Origin: Octopus sinensis | Taxonomy: Eukaryota | Assembly: GCF_006345805.1 (NCBI RefSeq) | Contig: NC_043008.1 | Coordinates: 61,566,001 to 61,630,000, forward strand | Length of the DNA stretch: 64,000 nt | Reading direction: 5' to 3' | Shown here: positions 39,912-54,276 of the stretch, one piece after another | Position numbering within the stretch: position 1 is the first letter of the stretch | How the letters are laid out: the number at the start of each line of letters is the position of its first letter | The notes under the pieces: generated by a model | The model's database searches: none | The model's input: the letters and a program-made list of their open reading frames with translations, nothing else | What the model was told of the DNA's origin: nothing | Program-made: the position numbers and the translations under genes

Positions 39912-40324
39912 GGCGCAGGAGTGGCTGTGTGGTAAGTAGCTTGCTAACCAACCACATGGTTCCGGGTTCAGTCCCACTGCGTGGCATCTTGGGCAAGTGT
40001 CTTATGCTATAGCCTCGGGCCGACCAATGCCTTGTGAGTGTATTTGGTAGACGGAAACTGAAAGAAGCCTGTCGTTTATATGTATATATATGTATATATG
40101 TGTATGTGTGTGTGTGTGTGTGTGTTTGTCCCCCTAGCATTGATTGACAACCGATGCTGGTGTGTTTACGTCCCCGTCACTTAGCGGTTCGGCAAAAGAA
40201 ATCCGATAGAATAAGTACTGGGCTTACAAAGAATAAGTCCCGGGGTCGATTTGCTCGACTAAAGGCGGTGCTCTAGCATGGCCGCAGTCAAATAACTGAA
40301 ACAAGTAAACGAGTAAAAGAGTAA
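39912..40324 (+). mobile_element. SINE family B, full length (about 410 bp)
   Basis: GGCGCAGGAGTGGCTGTGTGG A-box-like head, GGGTTCAGTCCC, TTGGGCAAGTG, internal TA/TG tract, (GAGTAAAA)-type tail. Confidence 0.92.
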
Positions 40325-40999
40325 TATGTTTGTGCATGTGTGTGTGAATGTGTGTGTGTGTGTGTATGTGTATGTGTCAGTGCATGTAGTGTATATATGT
40401 ATACATGTACGTATATACAATACCGACATTTTCACAAAAGCGTCATTGCATTTCACGTCACATCTCTCGGCATAATTAAGAAGCAGATAAATAATCTAAA
40501 TGAAATATTACTTCTTCAGTAACCTTACCTAAATAATCTAGCCCAGTAGAACAAGTATCATCAGTCGTTGCCCAAATGTGATTGGGTGTTTCCCCTCAAT
40601 TCAACAAACTTTTGTGATATGTACAAAGGCCTGATCGCACTGTTTTTGCGTTCAACAAAATTCGTATCATCTCTACATTCTCAGGCCAAATATCTGTATT
40701 TGCTCCCATGGTTATCCAAAGATCTTGAGTTAACTGATGACATATTTCCAGATCCCTTTCCGTATTCCACACTTGGGCCCTTTTCGTTAACTTCATATTT
40801 AGTTCTTATCGTCAAGATCTTTTCTCCCGTTACAAACTTGATTGATGGATTACTTTCCCAATGCGGTTAGTGTTGCCATTTTTATGCAACACACTACATT
40901 TTCAACGCTTTCTTCAAAGTATAATTCCGCTTCTCATATTTGATCCTACCTGTTCATGATCGTTTTCCTTTCCTTTCTCCTAACTCAATACTTCCTATA

Positions 41000-41186
<187 letters not shown>

Positions 41187-41492
41187 GCATAATTATCCAG
41201 CGTATACATTAATTCCTTTATCTATTGGCATAATCAGTTCTACTTAAGTATCTATTTCTCTCTCCGCAATTTATACAATATTCCCATAATCCTGAATATC
41301 ACAGTTAGTTACTTAGATGTGTAAACTTCTAAGTTTCCTGGTTTCATTATATGTATATACTTAACTTTTAATCATTATGCTACCTGCATTTGACATGCGA
41401 AAATACACAGGAATAGTGTAACATAATATGATATAATATTATATAATATAATATAGTATAATCCATATTACACACATAAGCAAGTTAGTGCG

Positions 41493-41497
41493 TATAT

Positions 41498-41557
<60 letters not shown>

Positions 41558-41571
41558 GTGTGTGTGTGTGG

Positions 41572-41602
<31 letters not shown>

Positions 41603-41754
41603 TGTGTATCTCACATTTAACTAAGGACTTTTTATGTAACAAAATATTAACATTCAGAGTATACGTTGAGTGAATGGCCGCTTGCCATCCATTTGTAAAA
41701 CCACATGAAACGTTATGGAACATTTCCAAATGTATTCGGTGAGGAATATGAATA

Positions 41755-41812
<58 letters not shown>

Positions 41813-41873
41813 GAATGTATGTATGTATGTATGTATGTATGTATGTATGTATGTATGTATGTATGTATGTATG

Positions 41874-41945
<72 letters not shown>
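41493..41945. repeat. Compound TA/TG/TATG microsatellites
   Basis: Directly visible. Confidence 0.9.
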
Positions 41946-41947
<2 letters not shown>

Positions 41948-43312
41948 GTATAATCTAATATATAGACGTTCAGTCTATATACTAGTTTGAAGGGAAAATA
42001 TTAGAGTGAAGATCGACTGTTCTTTCAATACAAAACAACCACGTATGTAATAAAATCAATTTTCATTATATTATGATATATTCTGTTATATGAAAATATC
42101 AGAGCTCTTTATAACATATATATGTTATACTACCAATCTGCTGACCCTCGTTGTGGACAATTGCGAAAGATATAAATGGAAATTAGTTTATCGTATTTCT
42201 TTTACATACTAATGACAAATTAGAACAGCAGAATCTGAGAAATCTAATTTATGTCTGCTTCAGCAAATAGTAAGCTGATTCACTGATATCATTTTCAACG
42301 TGAACTAAATCTGTCCGATGCATGGAAGAGATGTCTAACTCGGTTGAGAAAAATAGAAGGTGAATTAATGGAATTATTTAATTAGAAGAGAGCTATATGT
42401 TTAATTCCGCTACGCTTTTCTTTGTCCAGGTCGAGTGATTCCCTTTCCATTGTATAATGTTTTAGTTGTGGATTGGTGGAATCGTAAAAATATACATTGT
42501 TGTATTTAGTAAAATGTCTTTACGTTGTGAGCTTAAATCCAGTCGCTGTGATCTTTCATAGCCGCTTTCCGAAATCGGTCAGATAAAGTAACAATATATC
42601 AATGATGTTCAGTAATTGGATAAAGTCAGAAAATCTCTGGTTATCAATGTGTGGCATTTGAAGACCTTTAAATTGTTTCAAATCCTTATATCAGCTATTA
42701 ATGTCGTTAGCTGGCAGAGTCGTTACAGCGCGGACTAAACGCTAAGCAGCATTTCAAATTACATAAACAATACAATACCGAGTAGAATTCCAAAACCAAT
42801 ATTTTCTCTTGTAAATCCTGAAATTGGTTCCGCAATTTAAACTCAAGTATGCTCTGATTTGAAAAGGAGAGTATGATATTTTTGAAATTTTGAGGTTTAC
42901 CAATTCAAGGTTGTTTGGGTAACATGGGTAAAACATATGGAGAGTAAAGGATAAAAGGATAAAAGAGTCTAACGTTTAGGCACTGAATGCATGTAGCAAA
43001 CATAAAACATTTGGGAGAATCATATTTCTTTATAGTACTAATAGGGGGACAGAGATAAGTGGTGACAACCCCTGTTCACCACAATAAGAAAATATTAGTT
43101 CTAAAATTGTTCATTTGTAATCAAATGGTGCGCTTTAATTACTTTAGTTTATCTGATTAAAGTCTCAGAACTATCTCACTTGTCATGATCAGTATGTTAA
43201 CATGATCATGGTTAATCAATTTATCATAGATCAATCTGGTAATACCATGGTCTTTGCAGTGATAATCGATCAGACATTTTATGTGTGTTGTCAATGAATA
43301 GATATATATCAG

Positions 43313-43423
43313 CTTATTCACGTGATTACTTTTATTCAATAGATTAATAGATCTGTCTGTTCACCTGATCATTGTCATTCAAAAATTTATCGATCAACCC
43401 ATTAAAACGATCGTAGGTATTCA
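43313..43423 (+). repeat. About 110-bp segment duplicated at 46025-46134
   Basis: One mismatch between the copies. Confidence 0.92.
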
Positions 43424-45052
43424 GGAGATGCTAAATTAGCTTATTAGTACAATCATGTTCATTGAATAAATTGTATCTCAATCCAAATCTCCAAAATATA
43501 TGTTGCACACATCCGCATTGTAAAAGAGGACGAAGAACACTGAACTATATTGATGTTATTGATGATAAGTATTCTGAGATATATTTCATTTTCGCTTGAT
43601 AGAAGTTGTCTTAAGTTTTTAACACGGTAGTCTAGACTTCAATCTAATAAAATGATTATCATGCAACAGTTTATTGATGTTGGTATTAACACCAACTGCA
43701 TGCAATCATTTCAGTGTTATGTTTTATGAATATTAAAATATGAAGTTAAGTGGCTAATTTGCTTAATACTGAAAAGCGACTCAACTTAAGTACAAAACTT
43801 GTTGTCATTATTGCATTCTATTCCGCCACAAAAATCAAATTTAGATTATACTTTTTTTTATTCCTTTTGCTCAGTTTCTCTACATATTACGATGGACAAA
43901 GTACTTGGAGAATATGAAGCATGGAACGTGCAATATATTGCATTTTGCCACTTGAATCACAGTATTTCTTTTTAAAAACTTTACCGCTCCTATATTAAAT
44001 TGGCAAATATATCTTTAAGGCGACCATTATATTAGCATAGCGTCTACTTGAACACATTTGGAATATTGCAGTTTAAAAATTGTGATCAGCTATTATGAAG
44101 GAGAATCAAAATTATTAAAATATTGCATACTAAGATTAGATTTCGTTATGAACATATAGCAGTTTGGGCAATAATTTTCTTTCATGTAAAGCGAACTAAC
44201 GCATTTGATTATATATATTCTATGACAATATTTTTCTCCGTTTAGTTAAGAAAACATTTCTCAATAGAAATTATTCTACTTTATATGAGAGTAGATTTGC
44301 AGTATAAGTGATAAAAATTATTTTAAAGCGGTACATCAAATGGTACAAGGTTGACTGCTCCATACAAATCTATAAAATTCAATTTGAAATTTATTGACAA
44401 TCAGTTGCTAAACTTGTACTAAATTATTCACAGCTTTTGTCATTCATTTCTCATATTAGAGTAGTTAGTAAATTAATTTAGTGATAAAGCAATGAAATGG
44501 AATAGTATTCGTACATGACAGTTTGTTTAAGGAATTACATTGGTCTTTGCTTTTATATTAGTATTGTAGTGCTATCCGTCAGAATCACACTCTAATTTGC
44601 AATGCAGACATACAATTTAAGAACATGATGTTTTTTTTTGTTTCTTTCAATTTAATCTGCAAGAAATAAAAAGCTAATTTGTTTAAAGAAATCTTATTGT
44701 GAATAGAAAAAGAAATAACACTATATGAATACAAATAATCGCTGGTCTGATTGCAGTCCGCTTAAGACATATCATTTGCTTTGAGGAACTGGAATATGTT
44801 GTTTTATATGTATATTAGAGAACACCAAGAAGTTTTACTCGACTGGATCTTTCTTTTCCCCTTTAGGCCTTATTTTGGAATGATATGCAAGTTTGACAAA
44901 TGTGACGGAAGCATATGCCCGTTATATTTCCTTTTCGTCACCGCAACAATTTTGCAAGCTTTCACCAGTATACCCTCCGCAAAACATGACACAAAACATA
45001 TACACTTACATACACACACACACACACATATGCACACATACACACATACATA

Positions 45053-45102
<50 letters not shown>

Positions 45103-45969
45103 AAACCTTATAGATATGTATATATCACCATACATACACGTGCGCACGTATGTATGTATGTATTGTGAAGCGAATTGTTTAACGATGAAATTATATTTGC
45201 TGCAAACTTTTCTTTCACAATGATCGATTTTTCTCTCCTTCCTTCCTGCGGGGCTCGATGATAATTCAACGTGCCCCATTCAAGTAATTTCTTGCCTATT
45301 TGCTAATTTCAAAACAATTCCTTTAATCTTCGCTTTTACAATTAAGATCATAAAAGCAGTTAATTAATAAATGTTTAGGATGTAGTTTGTGCATGTATGC
45401 TGAAACTTACGAATAGCTTTACTTCCCGAAAGTTTATAAAAGTATGCTACATATAAAGTTCTGAAAGCTCATCCGTGTTACGAATTATGTTTTATGAAAC
45501 AATTTTTGGATAGTAGTTATTTTGTTCTTTTTTCATTGGGTAAAATATAAATGCGTTTCCTTCACGTAACAAAGACTTAGCTCATTCTGTTCATATTCTT
45601 TTCTGTCACCTATAAACGCACCATATTAAGAGATTGATTTGATAAATATCTGCGTTTTATCAAGCGTGTATAGAGCAGAAAATAATATTAAGGACTGGCT
45701 TATGAAACTATTTGATTTAGGAATCACTATAACTTTCAGAATGTATTATTTGATTTAATATTATAAACTTGGATATACGAATATAGAATAATATGTTCGT
45801 GAGTGTTTGATATATCAGAGCTAGTGAGGAAGTAATTGGTACAACTTATTACTAAGGTACAATATCAAGGTGAGTGAATTTCCCAATATATAATTTATTA
45901 TTTTATGTCTTTATATATGTATGTATGTATATATATTATATATATATATGTATATTTATATATATAATA

Positions 45970-46020
<51 letters not shown>

Positions 46021-46140
46021 ATAACTTATTCACGTGATTACTTTTATTCAATAGATTAATAGATCTGTCTGTTCACCTGATCGTTGTCATTCAAAAATTT
46101 ATCGATCAACCCATTAAAACGATCGTAGGTATTCACCGAT

Positions 46141-46367
46141 CGTAGGCTCACCGATAATCGGTGGAACCACGCAGTTGTCGAGTGGTACCCGCACGAGCGG
46201 AAATGACCACCCGGAAGACCTCCACGACGGTGGAGTTACGATTTCAGGAGGACGATTGGGATCACGTGGATGAGAAAGGCGCGATCCAGAGAGTAGTGGA
46301 CAGCGTGCTGTGACCAGCGGTGTCAAATGGACGCCTGACGGACTGGTCGGTCAAGTGATCAGGTGAT
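46141..46367 (+). mobile_element. RTE-clade LINE extreme 3' end
   Basis: RLTDNRWNHAVVEWYPHERK*PPGRPPRRWSYDFRRTIGITWMRKARSRE*W..DA*, the RTE-type DNRW..W.P..R..GRP..RW terminus; short tandem tail TCAAGTGA/TCAGGTGA. Confidence 0.85.
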
Positions 46368-46383
46368 ATAGTTATATATTTAA

Positions 46384-46441
<58 letters not shown>

Positions 46442-46443
<2 letters not shown>

Positions 46444-47407
46444 GGCAAAGCAAGCAGAAGAGGACAATCTCAAACCCCCATGGAGTAATGCCGGCAGAAG
46501 AATGCAACGCCTGGCGGGCAGGCGTGACAAAGGCAGATAGACTCCAGCACTTCGCTGCAACCAACCTCAACAAAGCTGCACGTCTCAATACTTGACCCGC
46601 AATGGAGAAGTTCCTGGCCAAGTGCATGCGCGTGGCTGTCGTGCAGCTACGATCACTTCAAACAATTTACTCAGCGACTAGCTTCGTCTTTCTACTGTTT
46701 GAGTCTCAAGAAAAAAGAACCCATTGCCGATGGTACCGCGGGCGCCAGAGGCAGGTTTGGAAAGCTTGATGCCCCACATTGGCTGCGAATCTTAGATGGT
46801 CGCTCTACAAGGAATAGCCGTGACATTGGATTTCGGCAGCACGACTCGTGACAGGGCTAGCCTCTTTAGGAGCTCTTAGAGAACGTGGGGTAAACATCGG
46901 ACAGGGCAACTCAATCTGGCCGGCATACCGCAGCTGGTGGACCTCCCACTCAGCGGCCAAAATTCTACTTCTACTCATCCATCATCTAAACTAAATCCTT
47001 TATTTCAAAACCTCTGACGGCCAGAAACATCCGCACTCTCCAGGACAATAGTGGCATTAATCGTTCGGAGCGACGAACAGCCCTCGTCTGGACGGAACTT
47101 GCCCACTTCTGCATCGACGTGGCAGCCTTCAGCGAGAGTAGCTTCCTGGAGAAGGCAGCATCAGAGAAGCTGGCTCCAAATACACCATGTTTTGGAAGAG
47201 AAAAAATCCTAACGGAATACGCATCCACGGTGTTGGCCTTGCCATCGAAACGAAACTCGTGGATTAACAGACTGGTCCAAACTGCTGTCAGCGAACACCT
47301 GATGATTGTTCGGATCCCGCTTATTCGAGACAGATGCCTTAAGCTGATCTCTGTGTACTCTCACTTCTGAAGACGACGTCAAGGCCTCGTTTTACAATCT
47401 GCTGGAC

Positions 47408-47410
<3 letters not shown>
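46442..47410 (+). mobile_element. RTE-clade LINE 5' region (putative UTR plus start of APE endonuclease), degenerate
   Basis: From about 47015: [84 protein letters not shown], with frameshifts. Confidence 0.85.
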
Positions 47411-47450
<40 letters not shown>

Positions 47451-47522
47451 GTGTATATATATATAGATATATATATATACCGAGAGAGAGAAATTAATAT
47501 ATAAATTTATAAATAGATAGAC

Positions 47523-47574
<52 letters not shown>

Positions 47575-47634
47575 GTTTAAATATTTGTTGTGCAAGATTT
47601 TTTATGTGAAGTCGTGTGTTGAAACAGGTATTGT

Positions 47635-47731
47635 TATATTTCGGAATGGTCATATTCCCAGTTTAGCCAAATAACACCAAATATATAGTGCGGGTGTTTT
47701 TATTGGCTAAACTGGCAATATGACCATTCTG

Positions 47732-47738
<7 letters not shown>
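47635..47738. repeat. Short fold-back inside a TA array
   Basis: 47635-47670 vs the reverse complement of 47703-47738: 34/36 identical, plus an inner AACACC/GGTGTT pair. Confidence 0.88.
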
Positions 47739-47829
<91 letters not shown>

Positions 47830-48646
47830 CATACATATGTGTATAAGTTTTCTTTCCTACTCTACGGTAAAGGAATCAATCAAATGAGTAACTCCATCTT
47901 CGCCTTAATAAAATGTTTTTTATCTTTTTTTTATCTTTCTGTAAGCCTATATCAGTTCTCTTGGAAAGGAATTTGTGATCAAATGAATCCCATATGTGCG
48001 AACCATATTATACATTTCGACTGTTATTTTAAGTAATGCATTAATCACTGTGCACATTAATTAATTACTTGTTCTGTTACCAGAGATTAAGTTAAGATTT
48101 GGTCGATATATTGTTGGCTGAATGACCCCCTAGAAATGATATCTGGCTTTTCTCATAACATTGCATTTATTGTACGTTACTTGCGATAACGCCTACTCGT
48201 TACGGCACTGATAATTACTAAATTCCATCTTAGTTAATTATATTTGTGGTAAAATGTTAATGTCAAATTAAATTTTAATAAATAGAATTTTAAAATTGCT
48301 TTAGCAATTAGTCGAATTTTAAAAGATATTTGATAGTTATTCAGAAGCGTTTATTATTAATCGTCTAGAATTCTTCAACAAAAACTCCTACGATTTTAAG
48401 AATGTTAACGGCAATGATGACGATAATGATGTTGACGATAAAGAATGCAACGCCGATGATGACACTGATGATGGGGATGGAGAGGAAACTAAGAATATGA
48501 CGGGCATTTGTGGTAGTGACTGTGGTGATGCGACTGAGACTTTGAAGGCGACGAATGTCGGGATTATGATAAACATGATTATAATTAAAGTTCATATATG
48601 CTCCCATTCATATATAATTGGAGTTTGTAATCTTTTTTCTTCTATC

Positions 48647-49067
48647 CTTTTACTCATTTCAGTCGTTATTAAAATGCGGACATGCTGGAGTAAAGCTTTC
48701 AAGAAATTTAGATAAATGATTCGACCCAGGTACTTTTTTTCTACTTTAAACCTGGTATTTATTGCATCTGTATATTTTGCCGAACTGCTAAGTTAAGGGA
48801 CGTAATCACACCACCACCGGCTGTCAAGCAGTTGTGGGGGACAAACACAAGTACAGACACGCGTTTACACACACACGTACACACACATACACACACATAT
48901 ATAGAACGGGCTTCTTTTCAGTTTCCGTCTACCAAATCCACTCACAAGGCTTTGGTGGGCAAGCGGCTATAGTAGAAGACACTTGTCCAGGGTCTCACGC
49001 AGTGGCACTGAAGCCCGAACCAAGTGGTTGGAAAGTAACCTTCTTACCACCCAACCACTCCTGCGCC
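48647..49067 (-). mobile_element. SINE family B, diverged full length
   Basis: Matches the reverse complement of family B; ends CCACTCCTGCGCC. Confidence 0.82.
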
Positions 49068-50160
49068 TATACTCTAAATGAACACCTTGTTTTTTTGTTT
49101 ATTTTTAAATTGCAAATACGTGTCAAAATTCTTTCAATTTCTACAACTCTGCAACTCTTAAGATTGTGACTTTGCAGAATACAAATATCATATGATGTTT
49201 CTAAGAAAGAGTAATCCTCTAATAACAGGTAATTTAATCAACAGCATAAATTCAAGACATTTTGAAACAGAGGGCTAAGTATACAAAACGCAGAATGGCG
49301 ATTTTGAGCAGAACATGCATGCAAACTAATGGAACAGAACGATGAAAGTCATTTACGTATGCTCCATAATCAACAGTTTTATTTATTATGATAATATTTC
49401 TAAAGAAGGCGGCGAGCTGGCAGAAACATTAGCGCGCTGGGCATTTTTTGTAAGCCCTGTAAAATAACTCGGAAGATTGGGCCTCCATCCGGGCTTTCTG
49501 TGATACTGTTAAAGCCAGGCATTTTTCAGCACCCCGACTGACAACAAAACTACACAACCATGTTGAAACAAATGGTGAATTGTTTTATTGTTACTTCTGG
49601 TTTAGACATCACTTGTAATAAATCTGATATAAAGTTGTTTCAATATTGCAACAGAAATTTAATACAACTTAAATTTACATTTTACTTATTTCTCATTAAA
49701 AATGAATATAAAATAAATATATTGAAATTCCTTTATTTCGTTCAAATTATTCTTCTTAACAGAACCCAAAAGTAAAAATAAAAATAAAAATGACAATTAA
49801 TTCTAGAATTCTCAACAATAGAGGTTTTTAAGCCCATTTCTCTTTCTTTTCCTGATTTAACATATCCAAGGAAAACCTAGAGTCTGGGTCAAAATTTACT
49901 TCTTCCTTTTAACGCATGCGCACCCGGCACATCTCTGAGGGTGTTGATTTTCTTTTTTGGTAAATTACTGAAAGGTTGTGAGCCCGTCAATCTTAAGCTT
50001 TACTGCATTGTTTTGATAATACTTTCATGTTATAACAAGCCACAAGATGAATTTATCCCTGTCTGAAGAAGGTTTAATCTTTCATGTACGTATGTGTGCT
50101 TTTATGCGAAAATTCAGCTGTAAACATATTGTCTAATTAAAGTAAGATCGGCTCAATATC

Positions 50161-50370
50161 CTTTCTATTATAGGCACAAAGTCTAAAATTTGGGGAAAGG
50201 GCCAGTCGATTACATCGACCCCAGTGTTTTACTGGTACTTAATTTATCGACTCCGAAATGATGAAAAGCAGCATCGACTCCGGTGGCATTTGAACTCAGA
50301 ACGTAAAGACAGGCGAAATACCGCTTAAGCATTTTGCCCGGCATGTTAACGATTCTGCCAGCTCACTGCC
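50161..50370 (-). mobile_element. SINE family A with 19-bp degenerate TSD
   Basis: Flanks GTAAGATCGGCTCAATATC (50142-50160) and GTAAGACCGCCTCTATATC (50371-50389). Confidence 0.88.
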
Positions 50371-52759
50371 GTAAGACCGCCTCTATATCATGAAATGTCC
50401 ACGGAGATTCCAATCATTGACATCCAGTTTCTGGCTCTGATCTTCAGACCTATAAAAGAATTACTCACACGAAGAAATATCCTCAAATACCGTAATTCGT
50501 TTACTCATAATTTAGTTCGTTTAATTGGTAAGAATGCTGTTCATAGTGCTTGTGTTGTGAAGGATAATTTCATTAGCATTAAATACACAAATGCTACTTT
50601 GTCATTCACAGCGATATACTTACTACGTTATACTGACTTACTCTAATATTACTAATATTTCTCCATTAATATAAATGATTTGTTGGTATCGAAATTGGTT
50701 GAATATATTTGAAATTCACCGCATTCAACATATTACTACTGAATTCCAAAGCGTAAAGTTAAGAATGACATAAACGAGTTTGATAGTCAGTGGCAGAAGC
50801 GGTAACATCATTATCCACACTTTTCGAATGTATTAGACGTTTTTACTCCTCAAAGCAAATCGACTTATTGCGATATTCTAAGAAATACTTAATTGGTTTG
50901 ATATTTGATTAGGGGTTTTATTGTCGTGTAGCCGAAGGTCATGCCTGATTGATCAGAAGGAATTATGTTAAAACGCCATTCCAAAATAATACTATTATTT
51001 TGTTTTCTTCTGGACTAATGACTGCAGTTAACCTCCGGAATAACGAATTGTTTTACAACTCGTTAAGATTTGACTGTTATGTCTAGCAGGATTAATGGCC
51101 ACGAAACTACAATTTCTATGTTTGACCTGATATTTAGTCATCTTATTCTTATTCTAATGATCTCTCCAAAATGTGTTTTCAATGATTAAATTACATCATA
51201 GGGACCTTTAAACATTTATTTATTCAGATGCCAGTTTGCGATGGGACAGTACCTTTCCTTGTTAAGGTACAAGCTACCAGGTGGTATTGTATATAGTCCC
51301 TGTGCATTCAATTTCACTATCAAGTAATGGCTCAAATTGTGTCTATAAAAAATAGTATTTGTTCAAGAAGATACGCACTGATGATCGAACAAAATATCTC
51401 ATGGTTACGTGGCAAACTTAGTCATCCGGCAGTACTGCAAATACAGCTAGAGATTAACGCATTTTAATTATTATCTTTTGCTGTTTAGGGAAAATATGGG
51501 CAAATTTTGTAGATAAGGGCAAAAAAAAACACTATAAATAGCTGAAAAAAATAAGACCTATAAAATACCGCAAAACGTTCACTTATATGCACGTAATACG
51601 ATAGTACTACAGGAATGGAATGTTATCAATTCAGTTTTAATGTTTCCGTAAATGCTCACAAGTGTGTTTATCTTTTACAGTCACATTGAAATTCATTTTG
51701 TTAGTGATATGAATTTGTTATGAATTGATACCATTAGGAATTTGAAATATTTTTTGTGGTTATTATTGTTGTTTATTTTTTAATTAAATTTTATTAAAAT
51801 GTATTTGTTTTACTTTGCTTTGTTTAAGCTATCGTCATGGGAAATATCGGTTATTTGCTCTCTTAAAGCAGCTTTGTCGAAAATTCCCGTTGTATTGATA
51901 TGCATGAACGGAGCTTCAACGTAGTTGCTCAACATTCTAGAAAGAATATTGAAAGTTCCTTCAATTTAAGCTATGGCATTTTAAGCAAAAAAGAAGGATG
52001 GCATTTTATAATATAATTTTAGGTTCAATGCATGTGAAAATTAGATGGGATTGCCGTGCTTGGATTGTTCTTGCATCATGTATTTGCTCCGGTAATACAG
52101 AGTTCATGTATGATGAACACAGTGAAAGCACAAATGCAGGTGCACTCTTAACCAATCTGCTCTAATTTAATTGTAAATTTATAATTGTCATAGATAATAG
52201 TTGATAGGTCGTGGGGCTTGCGCTTCCGACAAAATTCCTTGTGCTTTATCCTCATGCATATTTTCTGTATGCAAATACTGCTGAGGTCAGTTCGCTGTCT
52301 AACATATCAGAACTGATAAAAGTATTTTAGCTGTGAAGTGTTGGAATCGATAACATAAGACCCAAAGCCATGGCCTTAAGCTTGAGTTTAAAACATGCTG
52401 ATTCTTCCAAAGAGTGGATGAGTGATAGAAATCAGTGGATTTACTGCGAGCAGTGGATTGGCAGGAGCGTTAGATCGCTTGTTAAAATACATTGTGACAT
52501 TTAGTCATGACTTTTAACGTTCTGAGTTCAAGTATAGCCGGCGCCAAATTTGACTAATTCTACTGCATCTCATAAAATAAATTACCCGTTAAGTAGTTCT
52601 TCAGGTATGGACGAAATTAATGCTAGCATTTTCATATATAATTTTCAATTTGTAGGTCTTTGTGAATATCGGAGAAAAATTCAACCTGAGTAAAAACTAC
52701 GCCAGAGTCACATTTAGATTCAGGTTCGATAAATAAAGGTATAATACGGTATCGAGTGT

Positions 52760-53170
52760 TATTTTAACCGCCTGGACTCTCCTTTGATACAGGGGCACTT
52801 TGCAGGATTATAAATAACAATTGATTGGATTTCTTATCCAACCAACGACTCTACTCACAAACTGGGATGCGTTATCTTATTTTGTTTGATTAGTGAGCGT
52901 CAGTTCAGACTGTTTGACTATGTCGCTTGATTTTTAGAGTTAGAGCCTGCATACCCTGTTCACTTCACTTTGGATCAGGTTGGGTTGTCCGATAATTTTT
53001 GTCGGCAACGTGTCACATGGTCACAGCAGATGAGGAGGTATCCCGAGGAGATGGAGACTTCCTGGGACGTTGCTTGACGTGTTACCCGGGATGATCCTGG
53101 AATATATCAACAAATGGTGAATGCAGGTACGTGCTGCAACGGTGCATGACTCCACAGCTGAGTTCACTTG
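52760..53170 (+). mobile_element. Old RTE-group LINE 3' fragment
   Basis: FDTGALCRIINNN*LDFLSNQRLYSQTGMR / CLISERQFRLFDYVA*F..PAYPV resembles the RTE post-RT region (W.DFVSN..RQLRLFGHVAR). Confidence 0.7.
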
Positions 53171-54129
53171 GTTTAAATGCAATCTCCAATGTATTATAAC
53201 ATATTTTGTGCATCTTTTACAGTTTAATTCGCTGATTTCTCGTTGTTGTTTACATAAAATTCAATCAAATATACATACGATGAAATTCGTTCAAGAACTG
53301 GCAATCCTTCGATTTCTATACACTGCAAAATATCCTTTATTCAAAGTAACGTAAGATTTGTTGTGAGTATGTTAAGGATCCCTTTCATCACATTGCGTCC
53401 TATATAAATATATAATAGCTCCTTCTTTTTCTTATAGGCAAAGCATCTATGTACGTAGATGTCGCTTCTTTGACGAGAAACGAAACGATCTTTTGGTTTG
53501 TAATACAACACCTTGTTCACTGCGTTACCGCCATTGCTCATGACATTAACGTAGAACAGAAGAAAGTATAATTATATAACTTGGAAAGAAATATAAATTT
53601 AGTTTTCAGTCATACATAATAACGGTGTTCTATTTCGATAACTAGCTGTTCCTTATAAGGAAATGCCTATGAACAGATGTTATTTGCTTGAAGGACCGCA
53701 CAGAGAGAAAGGAATAAACTGATGACTGGAAAAGTCTTTTATACATATACAATACAATTGTATAATAGAAACAATATTTAATAGTTATTTGACACCGAAA
53801 TTGCACATTCAATATTGCAATTTATTAATGTTTCAGGCGGTAATTCAGTTAATGCATATAGCTGCATGTGTATGTAAACACAAACACACACACACAGAGA
53901 AATATATGTGCGTTTATCTAAAATCTAACAGTTTGAAACTTCATTGAGGGTGACAGCCTTGGAACTCTAAATTCTATCGAAACTCCGAGTTTACTATCAA
54001 ACCTTATTATAACGAATACATCTTTCCACTCTTCCCTAACTATTGCGTAATATTCGTAATATGTAAAATAGAGTTTAGTATAATTTGAACCTCATACATT
54101 AATATATATACATACACACACACACCACA

Positions 54130-54276
<147 letters not shown>

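Noticed and set aside
50415-50455. Minus-strand CTGAAGA..GAAAC motif
   Set aside because: Stem II cannot form.
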